NCBI GenBank assembly: GCA_963695555.1
Contig: CAVOGR010000001.1
Location: 416,001-480,000 of the forward strand
DNA: 64,000 bases
Direction of reading: 5' to 3'
DNA from: an uncultured Gemmatimonadales bacterium
GTDB lineage: Bacteria > Gemmatimonadota > Gemmatimonadetes > Gemmatimonadales > GWC2-71-9
The notes beneath the pieces were generated by a model, which was not told the origin of the DNA, searched no databases, and saw only the letters and a program-made list of their open reading frames with translations. Shown one piece after another: positions 32,251-42,160 of this stretch; position 1 is the stretch's first letter, and the number at the start of each line of letters is the position of its first letter. A program made the position numbers and the translations under genes.

Positions 32251-34410
32251 TCAGTTCCCACTCGCATGTTGGCGTGAGTCCGAGCCCGTTGTCTGAATTG
32301 TGGCAGCGACCTTGCGCCGGAACCAATCCAGCGTGTCGGACGCCGTTGTGAGGTCGAGTCCGCTCCTCTCCCATGGATCGGCGACGATGTCGTAGAGTTC
32401 CTCCTGACCATCTCCATACCGGATGTAGTGGAGGCTTCCACTCACCAGCGAAACAATCCTTCCACTCTGCACGAGTGCCCACGACGGAGCCCAGGGTCCA
32501 GGGCGGAGCTCGGCCAGCAGTGGCGTTTGCTCGGCCTGGTTTTCCTGACCGCCTGAATCCCAGAAACGTGAGAGAGGATTCCCGGGCAAGGCCGGCGCCA
32601 TGCCTCCGAGCCTGAGGATTGTGGCTGGGAGATCAGCGGTCGTTACAGGCCGCGTGATTCGGAGACCTTGCGGGACCTTTCGTGGATGTACGATGACCAG
32701 CGGGACCCGAAGTACAGGCAGGAACAAGCTCCTGCCATGTTCCGCCGAGCGTTGATTCTCACCGAATTCCTCGCCGTGATCGGAGGTGATGACTACCAGG
32801 GTATTCTCCAGCAGGCCCCGGGCATCCAGTTCTTGGAGGAGTTTGTTAAGGTGGAGGTCGAGGAAGGCAATCTCCCCCTCATAGAGCTCCCGTAATACGG
32901 CCAGCATACGGGGGTCGCCGAACGCACCGCTGGGCCTCGTCCATACAGGCGCAGAGGAAGATCCCCCCGTCAGCTGCCGGTGGGGTCGGTACGGTGAGTG
33001 CGCATCCATGTAGTTCAGGAATGCGAAGAATGGCGTGCTAGTGCGGGCGGAGCGATTGGAAAGCCAGGTCAGGAATGCTTCGTTTATATCGGGAGCGCTC
33101 TTCACCTCGCGTCCCCACTCCGATCGTTCGTCCCCAAATAACCTGAGCAGGAGACGTCTCCAGCCCCGCAAGCCCCCAAAACTCTCCACCAGTAGGGGCA
33201 GCGAGATCTTGTGGTCTTCGTAATGTACGAAGCCCCGGCTCAAGCCAGAACTCCGAGCAGTGTAGATCAAATTCCCTACAAATCCTGCAGTTTCGTAACC
33301 CTGGGTGAAGAGGTACTCGGCGAGGGTGAGGTGCGTCGGACCGAAAGGAACCCTCCAGTCGGCCAAGAGTTCAGTGGGGAGTCGCCCGGTAAAGATCGTC
33401 GCATGTGAGGGGAGGGTCCACGAGGCCGTGGCCAGTGCGTGGTCGAACACCACGGCGCGGTCTGCTAGTCGCTCGAGATTCGGGGTGGTGGGGCGGGAAT
33501 ACCCGTAAAGGCTCATGCTCGGGGCACGCACGGTGTCGAGGATGAGCAACAAGATGTTCGGCCGCATCGGTGAGGATGCAGGGAGACCTGCAAGCGCTCG
33601 CCGCTCCGAGTTCCACCTCGAGAGACGCTGGGCCGACCCCAGGAGTAACACTATAGCGGCGAGCCCGGCGGTGACCCACCGGGTAGTGCCCAGGAAGCCT
33701 CCTCCGCGAGTGCGCGTGAACCGCAGAAGCTGGAGGGTGATCCCTGCCGCCAAGAGGACGCTGCCGAAGTACATCAGACCGGGCAACCACACACGCAGGA
33801 GGATGAAGACCCCGTAGAACGCCACCCAGAATGAGAATTGGAGGGTTGGGCGGCGACGGGCGATTGCGAGCCCTGCCAACATCATGAGACCGAGAGCCGC
33901 AAACAGAATCGCCCCTGCCACCGGAGCCATCCAGATCACGTCCCACGAATAATCCCAACTTGGCCGATGCTCGATCCACTGCCGAATAGCCGCGTACGAG
34001 GCCTCGCCGCCGCCGGTCAACAGGCCAAAACAAACGGCCACGAGGAGGAAGTCTCGACGCCGTATGGGGACGGCGGGCCCGACCGCGAGGATGCGGGACG
34101 TGTGGTCTCTGATCTGGGGCCCGAAACGTCGCAGGATGTACCCGAGCCCGACCAGGGCAGCGAGGCCCATCGTCAGTGGGCGAGCGACGGAATTCCAGAA
34201 TGTGAGATATGTCTCGAGCGGGTTGGTTGCCTGACCGGTTATGATGGCGTTAAGGAACCCGAGGCTCCGGCCGTAATAGGCCGCCTCGATGAGTCGAGGG
34301 ACCACCCAAGTCGCGACCCCAGCCCAGGCTAACAAGACTGCGAACGCAAGCCACCAGTATCGACTATGCCGTCCGGGTGCAGTCTTCCTAGGTGAGGTCA
34401 TATGTTCCAT
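32251..34410 (-). CDS. membrane-anchored sulfatase-like hydrolase/transferase
   Basis: Several N-terminal TMs; PNILLLILDTVRA, SWTLPSH, YMDAHSPY, TSDHGEEF, HG. Confidence 0.85.
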   Translation of the reverse strand: MEHMTSPRKTAPGRHSRYWWLAFAVLLAWAGVATWVVPRLIEAAYYGRSLGFLNAIITGQATNPLETYLTFWNSVARPLTMGLAALVGLGYILRRFGPQIRDHTSRILAVGPAVPIRRRDFLLVAVCFGLLTGGGEASYAAIRQWIEHRPSWDYSWDVIWMAPVAGAILFAALGLMMLAGLAIARRRPTLQFSFWVAFYGVFILLRVWLPGLMYFGSVLLAAGITLQLLRFTRTRGGGFLGTTRWVTAGLAAIVLLLGSAQRLSRWNSERRALAGLPASSPMRPNILLLILDTVRAPSMSLYGYSRPTTPNLERLADRAVVFDHALATASWTLPSHATIFTGRLPTELLADWRVPFGPTHLTLAEYLFTQGYETAGFVGNLIYTARSSGLSRGFVHYEDHKISLPLLVESFGGLRGWRRLLLRLFGDERSEWGREVKSAPDINEAFLTWLSNRSARTSTPFFAFLNYMDAHSPYRPHRQLTGGSSSAPVWTRPSGAFGDPRMLAVLRELYEGEIAFLDLHLNKLLQELDARGLLENTLVVITSDHGEEFGENQRSAEHGRSLFLPVLRVPLVIVHPRKVPQGLRITRPVTTADLPATILRLGGMAPALPGNPLSRFWDSGGQENQAEQTPLLAELRPGPWAPSWALVQSGRIVSLVSGSLHYIRYGDGQEELYDIVADPWERSGLDLTTASDTLDWFRRKVAATIQTTGSDSRQHASGN

Positions 34411-34535
34411 ATCTTGCGCACCGCTCGACACCACGCCGGCGCGCGCCAGGAGGATTGCCTTCCTTGACGTAGTCTCATTGGGCGAGTCTCCTCGTTCGGA
34501 ACAGGGGGGCGATGTGGTGGGTGATTACTGAGGAT

Positions 34536-35303
34536 TCAAGACGCCGCCCGTGGTTGGGCGGGCAACACTACCTTCGTGAGCTTGAGCGTGATGGTGCCGA
34601 AATCGAGGCTCGAGCGAATCTGAACCGGAATCCGAAGCTCGTCATCGGTGATCCAGACACGCGCATCGGCGCGTTTGGAGAACATGCCCTGGTCGCCGAT
34701 CGTTGGATGCAAGACCAGGCAGGCGACCTTCTCTCCGTTGGGTAGCTTCATGATCTCCCGCTTTTCCACTTTCACCACTAGCGGGTTCTCGCTGTCGTTG
34801 TAGTACCGGTGGTACCGATATGTCTTGCCCAGGGTGAGCGGCGTGACCCGCATGAAATACAAGAAGGCCGTATCATCGAGCGGCTTCTTCGGGGTCGGTT
34901 TGACGCCTTCCTTGCCGACTTGGATATAATGGCCCGAATCGGGGAAAATCTCGTAGGTATATTCGCGGAGGCGCTTGCCCTCCTCGAGCTCCTTATGGAA
35001 CCTGAGGGAGACCAGATCTGCCGTGGCGCTCCACGACTGGAGCTTGTCCCGTAGCGTGAAGCCCAGGGCACCGCCTTCCAGGCCGAATTCGAAGCGGAAC
35101 GTCTCCACTCCTCGCAACGTGTCGATGCCGGAGACCTCCATGTACCCCTCGCCCAGCTTCAGAAGGCCGATTTTGGCGTCGTATTCGAACCGCTCTCCCA
35201 CGGCAAACGGATAGTCGGAATAGGTGCGAGCCTGCTCCGGCATCGGCGAACCGGCAGTGGCGCCTGCGCCTTGGAGAGCCAGCAACAGCACGAGTCCCGT
35301 CAT
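34536..35303 (-). CDS. DUF3108 domain protein
   Basis: Signal peptide; PFAVGERFEY; VWITDDELRIPVQI. Confidence 0.75.
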   Translation of the reverse strand: MTGLVLLLALQGAGATAGSPMPEQARTYSDYPFAVGERFEYDAKIGLLKLGEGYMEVSGIDTLRGVETFRFEFGLEGGALGFTLRDKLQSWSATADLVSLRFHKELEEGKRLREYTYEIFPDSGHYIQVGKEGVKPTPKKPLDDTAFLYFMRVTPLTLGKTYRYHRYYNDSENPLVVKVEKREIMKLPNGEKVACLVLHPTIGDQGMFSKRADARVWITDDELRIPVQIRSSLDFGTITLKLTKVVLPAQPRAAS

Positions 35304-36097
35304 GATGTCACCGCCGACTTCGGCGGCCGCCGAGTGCTGCCCGCGCCGTTGGCCCGCTCAAGTTTGGCGGGTTGGGGAATGACGAGCTCGCGGCTCTGGC
35401 GCCAGAGTCCGCGGGCCGTCTTCCATGGGTGGATGCGGGATGGACGCTGGCGGAGATCGTGCCGCTCGGTGGTCGAAACGGTCTCGACCCGGCGTGCAAA
35501 GGCCCCAAGCCGGCCCACCAGCTCCGCGTTGGCCCCCCAGCCGTCCAACATGAGCAGTTGTCCATGAACGGATTGCAGGAGACTCCGAACCGTGAAGAGA
35601 CGTGCGGCAAGATAGCCGCTGCACAAATCGGAGACGCCCGGCACCGCGACCTTCTTCCGGAACAGCCGCGGCGACCAGCGCCGCACCCAGCGGTAGGCGC
35701 GCGATGGCGCCCCGGCCAACTCCGCCTCGGCAACGACCAAGTCCGCCCCGCTCTCCATTCGCCGAACCAAGTCGGGAATGGTCTCGGCATCGTGGGTGAA
35801 ATCGGCTGACAGCAAGATGAGGGAATCGCGCTTCGGCTTGTCCGTCAGATCGACGGCGTGACGGAACAGAGTCTCGACTGCGGCGGGGTATCCGCGATGA
35901 GTGGCCTGCCGATAGATCGTCAGCGGAAGGACCTTGGCGTATGGCTCGAGCACCTCGGTGGTCGCGTCGGTCGAGGCGTCGTCACACACCAGGAGCTGGT
36001 ATTCGCGTGGAAATGCGTCGAACACCTTTCGGATCTTCCAGAGGAGGACCCCAACGGTGCTGGCTTCGTTGTGACACGGTATGCAGACATAGATCAT
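35300..36097 (-). CDS. glycosyltransferase family 2
   Basis: YVCIPCHNEA, CDDASTD; the DxD region reads SADFTHD. Confidence 0.85.
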   Translation of the reverse strand: MIYVCIPCHNEASTVGVLLWKIRKVFDAFPREYQLLVCDDASTDATTEVLEPYAKVLPLTIYRQATHRGYPAAVETLFRHAVDLTDKPKRDSLILLSADFTHDAETIPDLVRRMESGADLVVAEAELAGAPSRAYRWVRRWSPRLFRKKVAVPGVSDLCSGYLAARLFTVRSLLQSVHGQLLMLDGWGANAELVGRLGAFARRVETVSTTERHDLRQRPSRIHPWKTARGLWRQSRELVIPQPAKLERANGAGSTRRPPKSAVTS

Positions 36098-37173
36098 GGG
36101 CCGCCAACCTCTTTCTGCATCGAACGATACACGGACGCGAGCGCCTCGGCCATTCTGACATCGGTGAAGTCGGTGACGCGCTCGGCCGCGAGACGCACCA
36201 TTGCTTGGCACTCATCACTCTGAGTCAAGATCCGGACCACGGCGTTCGCCACGTCCGCGGGTGACCGCGGAGGGACCAGGAGTCCCGCCCCTCCGCCCAC
36301 CAACTCCGGGATTCCGCCTACTTCTACCGCCACAACCGGGACTTCCATGGCCATCGCGTCGAGGATCGAGGTGCCGAGGCCCTCCTGTAGAGGGGTGGCG
36401 ACCATCACGTCGGAGCCGCCAATGAGGGCCTCCGCGTCGGTAAAATGTCCCAAAAGATGGACATATTCGCCCAGGCCGAGACTTTGGATCTGGCTCTCCA
36501 GGGCCGCCCGTCGGTCACCCTCGCCTGCCAGGATCCAGTGGAGATTCGGCAGCCGGGCTCGGGTCTCCGCCGCAGCCGCGATGACGATGTCCTGCCCCTT
36601 GTGGCGGTCCAGCGCCCCAACGGCCACGGCAATCTGTGCATCGGGTCGGAGGCCGAGCAGCGTCCTGGGATCGATCCGCTGCAGCATTCGGAGTGCATCG
36701 AGGTCTATTCCCGAGCGGATGACCGTGATGCGATCAGGAAGTACGCCGCTCTCTCTGAGTATTCGTCCGACGGCCTCCGATATTGCGATCACCCTATCTG
36801 CCCGGCTCCAGAAGCCTGGCCTGGTGAGCGGGAACGCCGTGCGTCGGGTCGCGACGAACCGGCAACCCCTGAGTCGAGCTGCCAGCCCGGCCAGGATCAC
36901 GGCATGGGAATCGTGGGCGTGGAGGATATCGGAGCGGCGGCACTCCGATAAGGTTGCCCAGAGCGCGCGAGGATCGAGTCCCATAGTCCAACCCGGCGTT
37001 TGCACCGGGATGGAGGCCTGCTCGAGACGCCGCGCAAGCTGCGAGCCCCGACTCGTGACGACCACCTGTTCGATATCGGGGAGGTGGCCAAGCGCGCGCG
37101 CGGTGAACCAGACTTGGCGCTGACCGCCGCGCCACTCGCGTCCTGAAGCCACGTGCACGACGCGGATACTCAC
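36094..37173 (-). CDS. glycosyltransferase family 4
   Basis: WRGGQRQ, HAHDSHA, KGQD, EGLGTSILDAMA. Confidence 0.9.
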   Translation of the reverse strand: MSIRVVHVASGREWRGGQRQVWFTARALGHLPDIEQVVVTSRGSQLARRLEQASIPVQTPGWTMGLDPRALWATLSECRRSDILHAHDSHAVILAGLAARLRGCRFVATRRTAFPLTRPGFWSRADRVIAISEAVGRILRESGVLPDRITVIRSGIDLDALRMLQRIDPRTLLGLRPDAQIAVAVGALDRHKGQDIVIAAAAETRARLPNLHWILAGEGDRRAALESQIQSLGLGEYVHLLGHFTDAEALIGGSDVMVATPLQEGLGTSILDAMAMEVPVVAVEVGGIPELVGGGAGLLVPPRSPADVANAVVRILTQSDECQAMVRLAAERVTDFTDVRMAEALASVYRSMQKEVGGP

Positions 37174-37352
37174 GACTCGCCTGGGCGTTGCGTGGTCGGC
37201 GGATGCCCGCGCTGCTGTTGCTCGCAGCTTGGGCGCCGGCTCTTGGTCTCCGCGGTTCGAGCCATCATGTGAAAGGAGGTGCAAGCCTCTTTTTCGGAGG
37301 GGAACGTGGGTGTGGCCCGCTGGCTGTACCAATTCGCTCCCCGGTGTCGTGC

Positions 37353-37367
37353 TGGCACGTCGTGTGC
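37353..37367 (+). promoter_or_regulatory. putative sigma54 (-24/-12) promoter
   Basis: TGGCACGTCGTGTGC = GG-N10-GC, about 80 nt upstream of ATG 37446. Confidence 0.55.
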
Positions 37368-37445
37368 GTGCCTATCGAGGCAGTATAGTCTCTATGGAAG
37401 CGGCACAGGGTACCGGAGTGCGGGGGAGCCTCGGAGGAACACCGC

Positions 37446-38145
37446 ATGATCCTAGCGGACACTCGGGGACGACTGACCGGCGATGACGTCGAGTTGGTCA
37501 TCCTGGTTCTCAGCAATGGCTCGGCGAACAGGCGCGCGAGTCTCGAGCGTCGCCTCGTGGCCGAGGGGCCGGATGTCCTGTTGGACGAACCCGGACTCGT
37601 CGAGCGTTTGCTCGCGCTCCCGACCCTCATGGTCCCATCGCAGCCGCTGCTCTTCTACGTCCTGGTCCGGCACGCCCTGCTCCGTTCAGGAATCGACGAC
37701 AGGGATTTGGCGGATTATCTCGCCTCCATGCTGTCCACGTTCGGCCAGCGCGACCGCGCCTGGCGGATCGATTGGAACGACGACCACCAACATCATTACC
37801 TCATCGACATCGTCTCGGATTTGGAGGCGACCCAGGGAAACCGCCAATTCAAGGTGATGGCCCATCTGGGGAACTACGCTCTCTGGGTGGCAGGCGTATT
37901 CCCCGATTACATCACGGCGCGGCAACGACGTAAGGGCGGGCCCGACGTAAGCTACTACGAGTCATGGGGTCAACGGGGCTACCGACTGGCTGCCCGCCAC
38001 GAGCTGGCGGACCGACTCCGGCCTCGACCGGGTGTTCGACGTGGCGGCCGACCGATTCTCCGCGGTGCGGAGCGCATTCAACGAGCTGAGCGCCCAGCTC
38101 CATTTCCCTGGGCGGCTGGCTTCCGGGTTGGATCCCCTCCACTAA
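37446..38145 (+). CDS. conserved-looking hypothetical protein with a +1 frameshift near 38018
   Basis: GGAGG RBS; removing one C gives ...DRLGLDRVFDVAADRFSAVRSAFNELS...H* ending at 38145 with no overlap of the next gene. Confidence 0.7.
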
Positions 38146-38168
38146 CCGACAACCGAGCAGTCGGCCTC

Positions 38169-38885
38169 CTACTTCGTTGCCTGCCCAACCAATGCCCGGA
38201 AGAGGCTCATGTCCGGCGCGGCCCTATCCCGCCAAAAACTCTCAGGATGCCATTGGACGCCGAGCAGCCAGCCGTTGTCGTGCTGCTCGACGGCCTCGAT
38301 GACCCCGTCGTGCGATTCAGCTGACACGGCGAGGCCGGGCGCCAAGTCTCGAATGGCCTGATGATGAAAGGAGTTGACCGCGAGCGTGTCACACTCGAGC
38401 GCCGCATTCAGCTGACTCTGGGGATGGATGGTGATGGCGTGGCTCCTCACGTCCCAGCGCTCGCCGATGTCGTGGTTGAGCGGACCGCCGAATTCACTGG
38501 GCAGGTCCTGCCACAATGTGCCGCCGAGCGCAACGTTCACCAACTGCAGCCCGCGGCAGATTGCGAGGGTGGGCAGGTGGCGCTCCCTGGCGGCGGCGAA
38601 CAAGATGAGTTCGAATTCGTCGCGCCGGCGATCGATCTTCTTCAACTTGGGGCTGGGTTCGGCCCCGTATCGTGCCGGGTCGACGTCCTCTCCGCCTGAG
38701 AGGATCAGGGCATCGCATCCGTCGAGCGCGTGGATAGTGTGGCCGATGTCCATGAGGGGGGAGAGCAGGAAGGGCATCCCACCGGCGCTCGCCACCGCGT
38801 GAACATAGTCGACGTTGACCCCCGTTCGGTGCTTCCCGCCGTCATCGGTCACTCGTCCCGAGACGGCGATCCGCGGGGGCCTCAC
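38169..38885 (-). CDS. gamma-glutamyl-gamma-aminobutyrate hydrolase family (peptidase C26)
   Basis: LSGGEDVDP, AICRGLQ, VNSFHHQA, GVQWHPE. Confidence 0.92.
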   Translation of the reverse strand: MRPPRIAVSGRVTDDGGKHRTGVNVDYVHAVASAGGMPFLLSPLMDIGHTIHALDGCDALILSGGEDVDPARYGAEPSPKLKKIDRRRDEFELILFAAARERHLPTLAICRGLQLVNVALGGTLWQDLPSEFGGPLNHDIGERWDVRSHAITIHPQSQLNAALECDTLAVNSFHHQAIRDLAPGLAVSAESHDGVIEAVEQHDNGWLLGVQWHPESFWRDRAAPDMSLFRALVGQATK

Positions 38886-39373
38886 GGAAGGACGCTGTCC
38901 GGGAAGAAGGGGCAGCCCGGCTGCTCGAACTTGACGGAATCGAGCTGGATGCCAATGAGCGGGACCAGTTTCGACCCGATCGAGACCTGCCCGATTTGGG
39001 GTGCCCCCGTCACTTTGGCGCCCTCGTATACCATGAGCCCCCGGGCCGTTCCATCAGGGTTGAGAACCAGCACGCCGTATTCGGGATCGGTGTTCTCGGG
39101 AAAGGTTCCCTCCACGCCGATCACCCAGCCGGAATCCGACCGGCCCACGAAGGCCGGGTAGGCCGGACCCACCGCAAACCTGGCCACGAGGGTCTCCGGC
39201 AGGGTCGCCGGCGGACCTCCAAGGGTTTGATCGGGTGTATTGAATTCGGAGAGCAACAGCGTGGGCCCCGCCAGGGCGGCAATGCCGCAGCCTGCGCGAC
39301 CCGGGCCCTCTCGGCCGCCGCAGCCGGCGATGGCCAGGATGGTGACGCCGGCCCAGACGTAAGGGCGTCGCAT
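38882..39373 (-). CDS. hypothetical lipoprotein
   Basis: Lipobox IAGC; GTGA overlap with the next gene. Confidence 0.7.
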   Translation of the reverse strand: MRRPYVWAGVTILAIAGCGGREGPGRAGCGIAALAGPTLLLSEFNTPDQTLGGPPATLPETLVARFAVGPAYPAFVGRSDSGWVIGVEGTFPENTDPEYGVLVLNPDGTARGLMVYEGAKVTGAPQIGQVSIGSKLVPLIGIQLDSVKFEQPGCPFFPDSVLP

Positions 39374-39452
39374 GGCAGATATCCTCGGTAAGTTGTGGCA
39401 CCGCTAGGCTTTCTAAAGATATCATGATGCCGGGTTCCCGGCCCGGCATCGC

Positions 39453-39481
39453 TTGACGCCCCCGAACGGGAACCCTAACAT
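39453..39481 (+). promoter_or_regulatory. putative sigma70 promoter
   Basis: TTGACG-17 nt-TAACAT; preceded by a 9-bp inverted repeat GATGCCGGG/CCCGGCATC at 39426-39450. Confidence 0.55.
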
Positions 39482-39511
39482 ACTTGAGCCTCACAGACTG
39501 GAGATATTGCT

Positions 39512-39676
39512 GTGGCCTTGTACGAGTACCATTGCACTGCCTGTGGCCACGACTTTGATCGTTTCATGTCCCTCGCGGAGCATGAGCGGGCTCGGGTGGG
39601 CTGTCCGAAGTGCAAATCGACCAAGGTCGAACGGGTGTTCACGCCATTCTATGCCAAGACCGTCAGGAAATCCTGA
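39512..39676 (+). CDS. FmdB family zinc-ribbon protein (54 aa, absent from the ORF track)
   Basis: Manual translation MALYEYHCTACGHDFDRFMSLAEHERARVGCPKCKSTKVERVFTPFYAKTVRKS; GGAG RBS. Confidence 0.88.
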   Translation: MALYEYHCTACGHDFDRFMSLAEHERARVGCPKCKSTKVERVFTPFYAKTVRKS

Positions 39677-40254
39677 TGGTCTTTGAGGGTCTGCGGGAAC
39701 GTCTCGAGCGCTTGCTGGCAGAGGACGACCCTTTATCCCGCACCCGGGCACAGCTTGCCCGCTTCAGGGATACCCTAATCGACGCCAAGGCCGGCGTGCA
39801 CCAGATGCGCGAAGCACTGGTGCAGACGGAGCGGAATCTGGAGCGGGAACGGAAGCATCTGGTGGATGCCGAACGCCGCGGGCGCCTCGCGGCAGACATT
39901 TCTGATCGAGAGACAGCCGAGATCGCCGAGGAGTTCGCAGCCAAGCACCGGGAGCGGGTCGCGGTCTTGGAGCGAAAACTGGCGGCGCAACGTGACGAGT
40001 TGGCGCTAGCGGAGCGTGAAGTCGCGGATATGGCGCAGCGCATGAAGGATGCGAAGCTTGGTCTCCCAACGGAGGACGTGAGCGACAGCGTCAAGCGAGC
40101 GTGGCGTGACTTGGAGGCCGCCGGTGCCCCCAACCCCGAGACGGACCTCCGCAACGAGTTGCTCGGTTCCGAACTGGACCAGCACGCCAAGGAGCAGGCG
40201 GTCGAAGCCCAGCTTGCCCATCTCAAGGACAAGCTCAACCGCGACAAGAAGTAG
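39676..40254 (+). CDS. PspA/IM30-like coiled-coil protein
   Basis: All-helical heptads; C-terminal VEAQLAHLK; TGATG coupling to the zinc-ribbon gene. Confidence 0.6.
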   Translation: MVFEGLRERLERLLAEDDPLSRTRAQLARFRDTLIDAKAGVHQMREALVQTERNLERERKHLVDAERRGRLAADISDRETAEIAEEFAAKHRERVAVLERKLAAQRDELALAEREVADMAQRMKDAKLGLPTEDVSDSVKRAWRDLEAAGAPNPETDLRNELLGSELDQHAKEQAVEAQLAHLKDKLNRDKK

Positions 40255-40381
40255 ATCCCGCCGCGCCGATTGCTGGGTGTGGCGATGCGTGACCGGCACC
40301 GCTGGGTGTCGCGCAGACGATGTGCATGACATGTTGCGTCCGTTTCACAGCCCATAGCTCCCTCAGGGGGACGACCAAGCG

Positions 40382-42082
40382 ATGACAACGACGACGATCA
40401 GCGAGAAGACCTTCTTCGGCCACCCACGCGGCCTGGCCACGCTGTTCTTCACGGAGATGTGGGAGCGATTCTCCTACTACGGGATGCGGGCGCTCCTGGT
40501 CTTGTTCATGACCGCACCGATCGCCATAGCCAACCCCGGCCTCGGGTACGGCCCGGCCAAGGCCGGGGCCGTCTACGGCCTCTACACGTCCATGGTCTAC
40601 TTGCTGGCCCTTCCCGGCGGCTGGGTCGCAGACAACCTCTGGGGCCAACGCCGGGCGGTGTTCGTCGGCGGCTGCATCATCGCCCTCGGCCACTTCACCA
40701 TGGCGGGGCCGCTGATGGGGCTGCCCGAAACTCCCACGTTCTTCGCGGGACTCATGTTCATCGTGATCGGCACCGGGTTGCTCAAGCCCAACGTCAGCAC
40801 GATGGTGGGGGATCTGTACCCCAGTGCTGAGGCTGCCGGGGACGACGAAGAGGCCCATCTCCGCGCCGAGCAGCATGGTGCGAGGCGGGACGCCGGGTTC
40901 TCGATCTTCTATATGGGAATCAACCTCGGCGCCATCCTGGGGCCGTTCGTCTGCGGCACGCTGGGTGAGAACGTGCAGTGGCACTGGGGCTTCTCCGCTG
41001 CCGGGTTCGGCATGATTCTCGGGCTCATCCAGTACAAGCGCGGCGACAAGTACCTGGGTAAGGTGGGCTATCTGCCGGAGAGCGACTCAGCCGAGACCGC
41101 CCGGAAGAGCCGGACGTTCTATTTCGTGGCCGGCATCGTGGCGGCGATCGCCGCGCTCTTTGCCTTTCTCGCCATCGGCGGCACCATTGATGTGACGCTC
41201 GAGGGATTCGCCACGTGGCTCGGATACGGCATCCTGTTGCTCACCATTCTCTTCTTCACCTACCTCATCATGAGCGCGAAGTGGGCTGCGGGACTGCTGG
41301 CCGTGTTCGTGGTGCTCGTGATCGGGCTGGTCCCGTCGCTCGGCACCACGGTAGGCGGCCGCTACGCCATCGCCGCGGTGCTCGGCCTGTTCATCGTCAT
41401 GAACATAGGATTCCTGGCATCCGGCGGGGAGAAGGTCACCACCACCAAGAAGCGACTCATGGTGATCTTCTGGCTGTTCCTCATGGCGGCCGTCTTCTGG
41501 TCCGGCTTCGAGCAAGCGGGCTCGTCGATGAACTTGTTCGCTCGAGATCTGACCGACCGGGTGTTCTTCGGCTGGGAGATGCCGACGACTTGGCTCCAAA
41601 ACGTGAACCCGATCTTCATTGTGGTTCTGGCCCCGGTGTTCGGCTGGCTGTGGACCTGGCTGGCCCAACGGGACGCGAACCCGTCGATTCCCTTGAAATT
41701 CGGGCTCGGCTTGATGGGCCTGGCGGCCGGCTTCTTCGTCATCTCCTGGGGCGCAGCGCAGGCCACGGTGGAAAACCCGGTCACCCCAGCCTGGCTGGTG
41801 GTCACCTACTTCCTCCACACCTGCGGCGAGCTCGCCCTGTCGCCGGTAGGGCTCTCATCGATGACCAAGCTCGCTCCCAAGGGACGGGTGGGACAGATGA
41901 TGGGCGTGTGGTTCATCGCCGCAGCGCTGGGGAACCTGATCGCCGGGCTGGTGGCGGGACGGATCGAGACGCTGCCGCCGGATCAGCTGTTCCAGACCGT
42001 AGCGCTGATTGCTGGAGGGGCTGGTGTCGTCGCGCTCCTGGTCAGTCGCCCAGTGAAGCGGCTCATGGCCGGCATCGAGTAG
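40382..42082 (+). CDS. POT family proton-dependent peptide transporter
   Basis: FGHPRGL, EMWERFSYYGMR, GLLKPN, FYMGINLG, GELALSPVGLS. Confidence 0.95.
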   Translation: MTTTTISEKTFFGHPRGLATLFFTEMWERFSYYGMRALLVLFMTAPIAIANPGLGYGPAKAGAVYGLYTSMVYLLALPGGWVADNLWGQRRAVFVGGCIIALGHFTMAGPLMGLPETPTFFAGLMFIVIGTGLLKPNVSTMVGDLYPSAEAAGDDEEAHLRAEQHGARRDAGFSIFYMGINLGAILGPFVCGTLGENVQWHWGFSAAGFGMILGLIQYKRGDKYLGKVGYLPESDSAETARKSRTFYFVAGIVAAIAALFAFLAIGGTIDVTLEGFATWLGYGILLLTILFFTYLIMSAKWAAGLLAVFVVLVIGLVPSLGTTVGGRYAIAAVLGLFIVMNIGFLASGGEKVTTTKKRLMVIFWLFLMAAVFWSGFEQAGSSMNLFARDLTDRVFFGWEMPTTWLQNVNPIFIVVLAPVFGWLWTWLAQRDANPSIPLKFGLGLMGLAAGFFVISWGAAQATVENPVTPAWLVVTYFLHTCGELALSPVGLSSMTKLAPKGRVGQMMGVWFIAAALGNLIAGLVAGRIETLPPDQLFQTVALIAGGAGVVALLVSRPVKRLMAGIE

Positions 42083-42106
42083 ACGTACCTTCGTATCAAG
42101 GCTTCA

Positions 42107-42143
42107 AGCCAAACGGGCGCCACAGGGTGGCGCCCGTTTGGCT
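42107..42143. terminator. hairpin between convergent genes
   Basis: Perfect 17-bp stem AGCCAAACGGGCGCCAC-AGG-GTGGCGCCCGTTTGGCT. Confidence 0.7.
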
Positions 42144-42160
42144 ATCTATGCAGAGCTTTC

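Noticed and set aside
39396..39410. TGGCAC as a sigma54 promoter
   Set aside because: GG to GC spacing is 9 rather than the required 10
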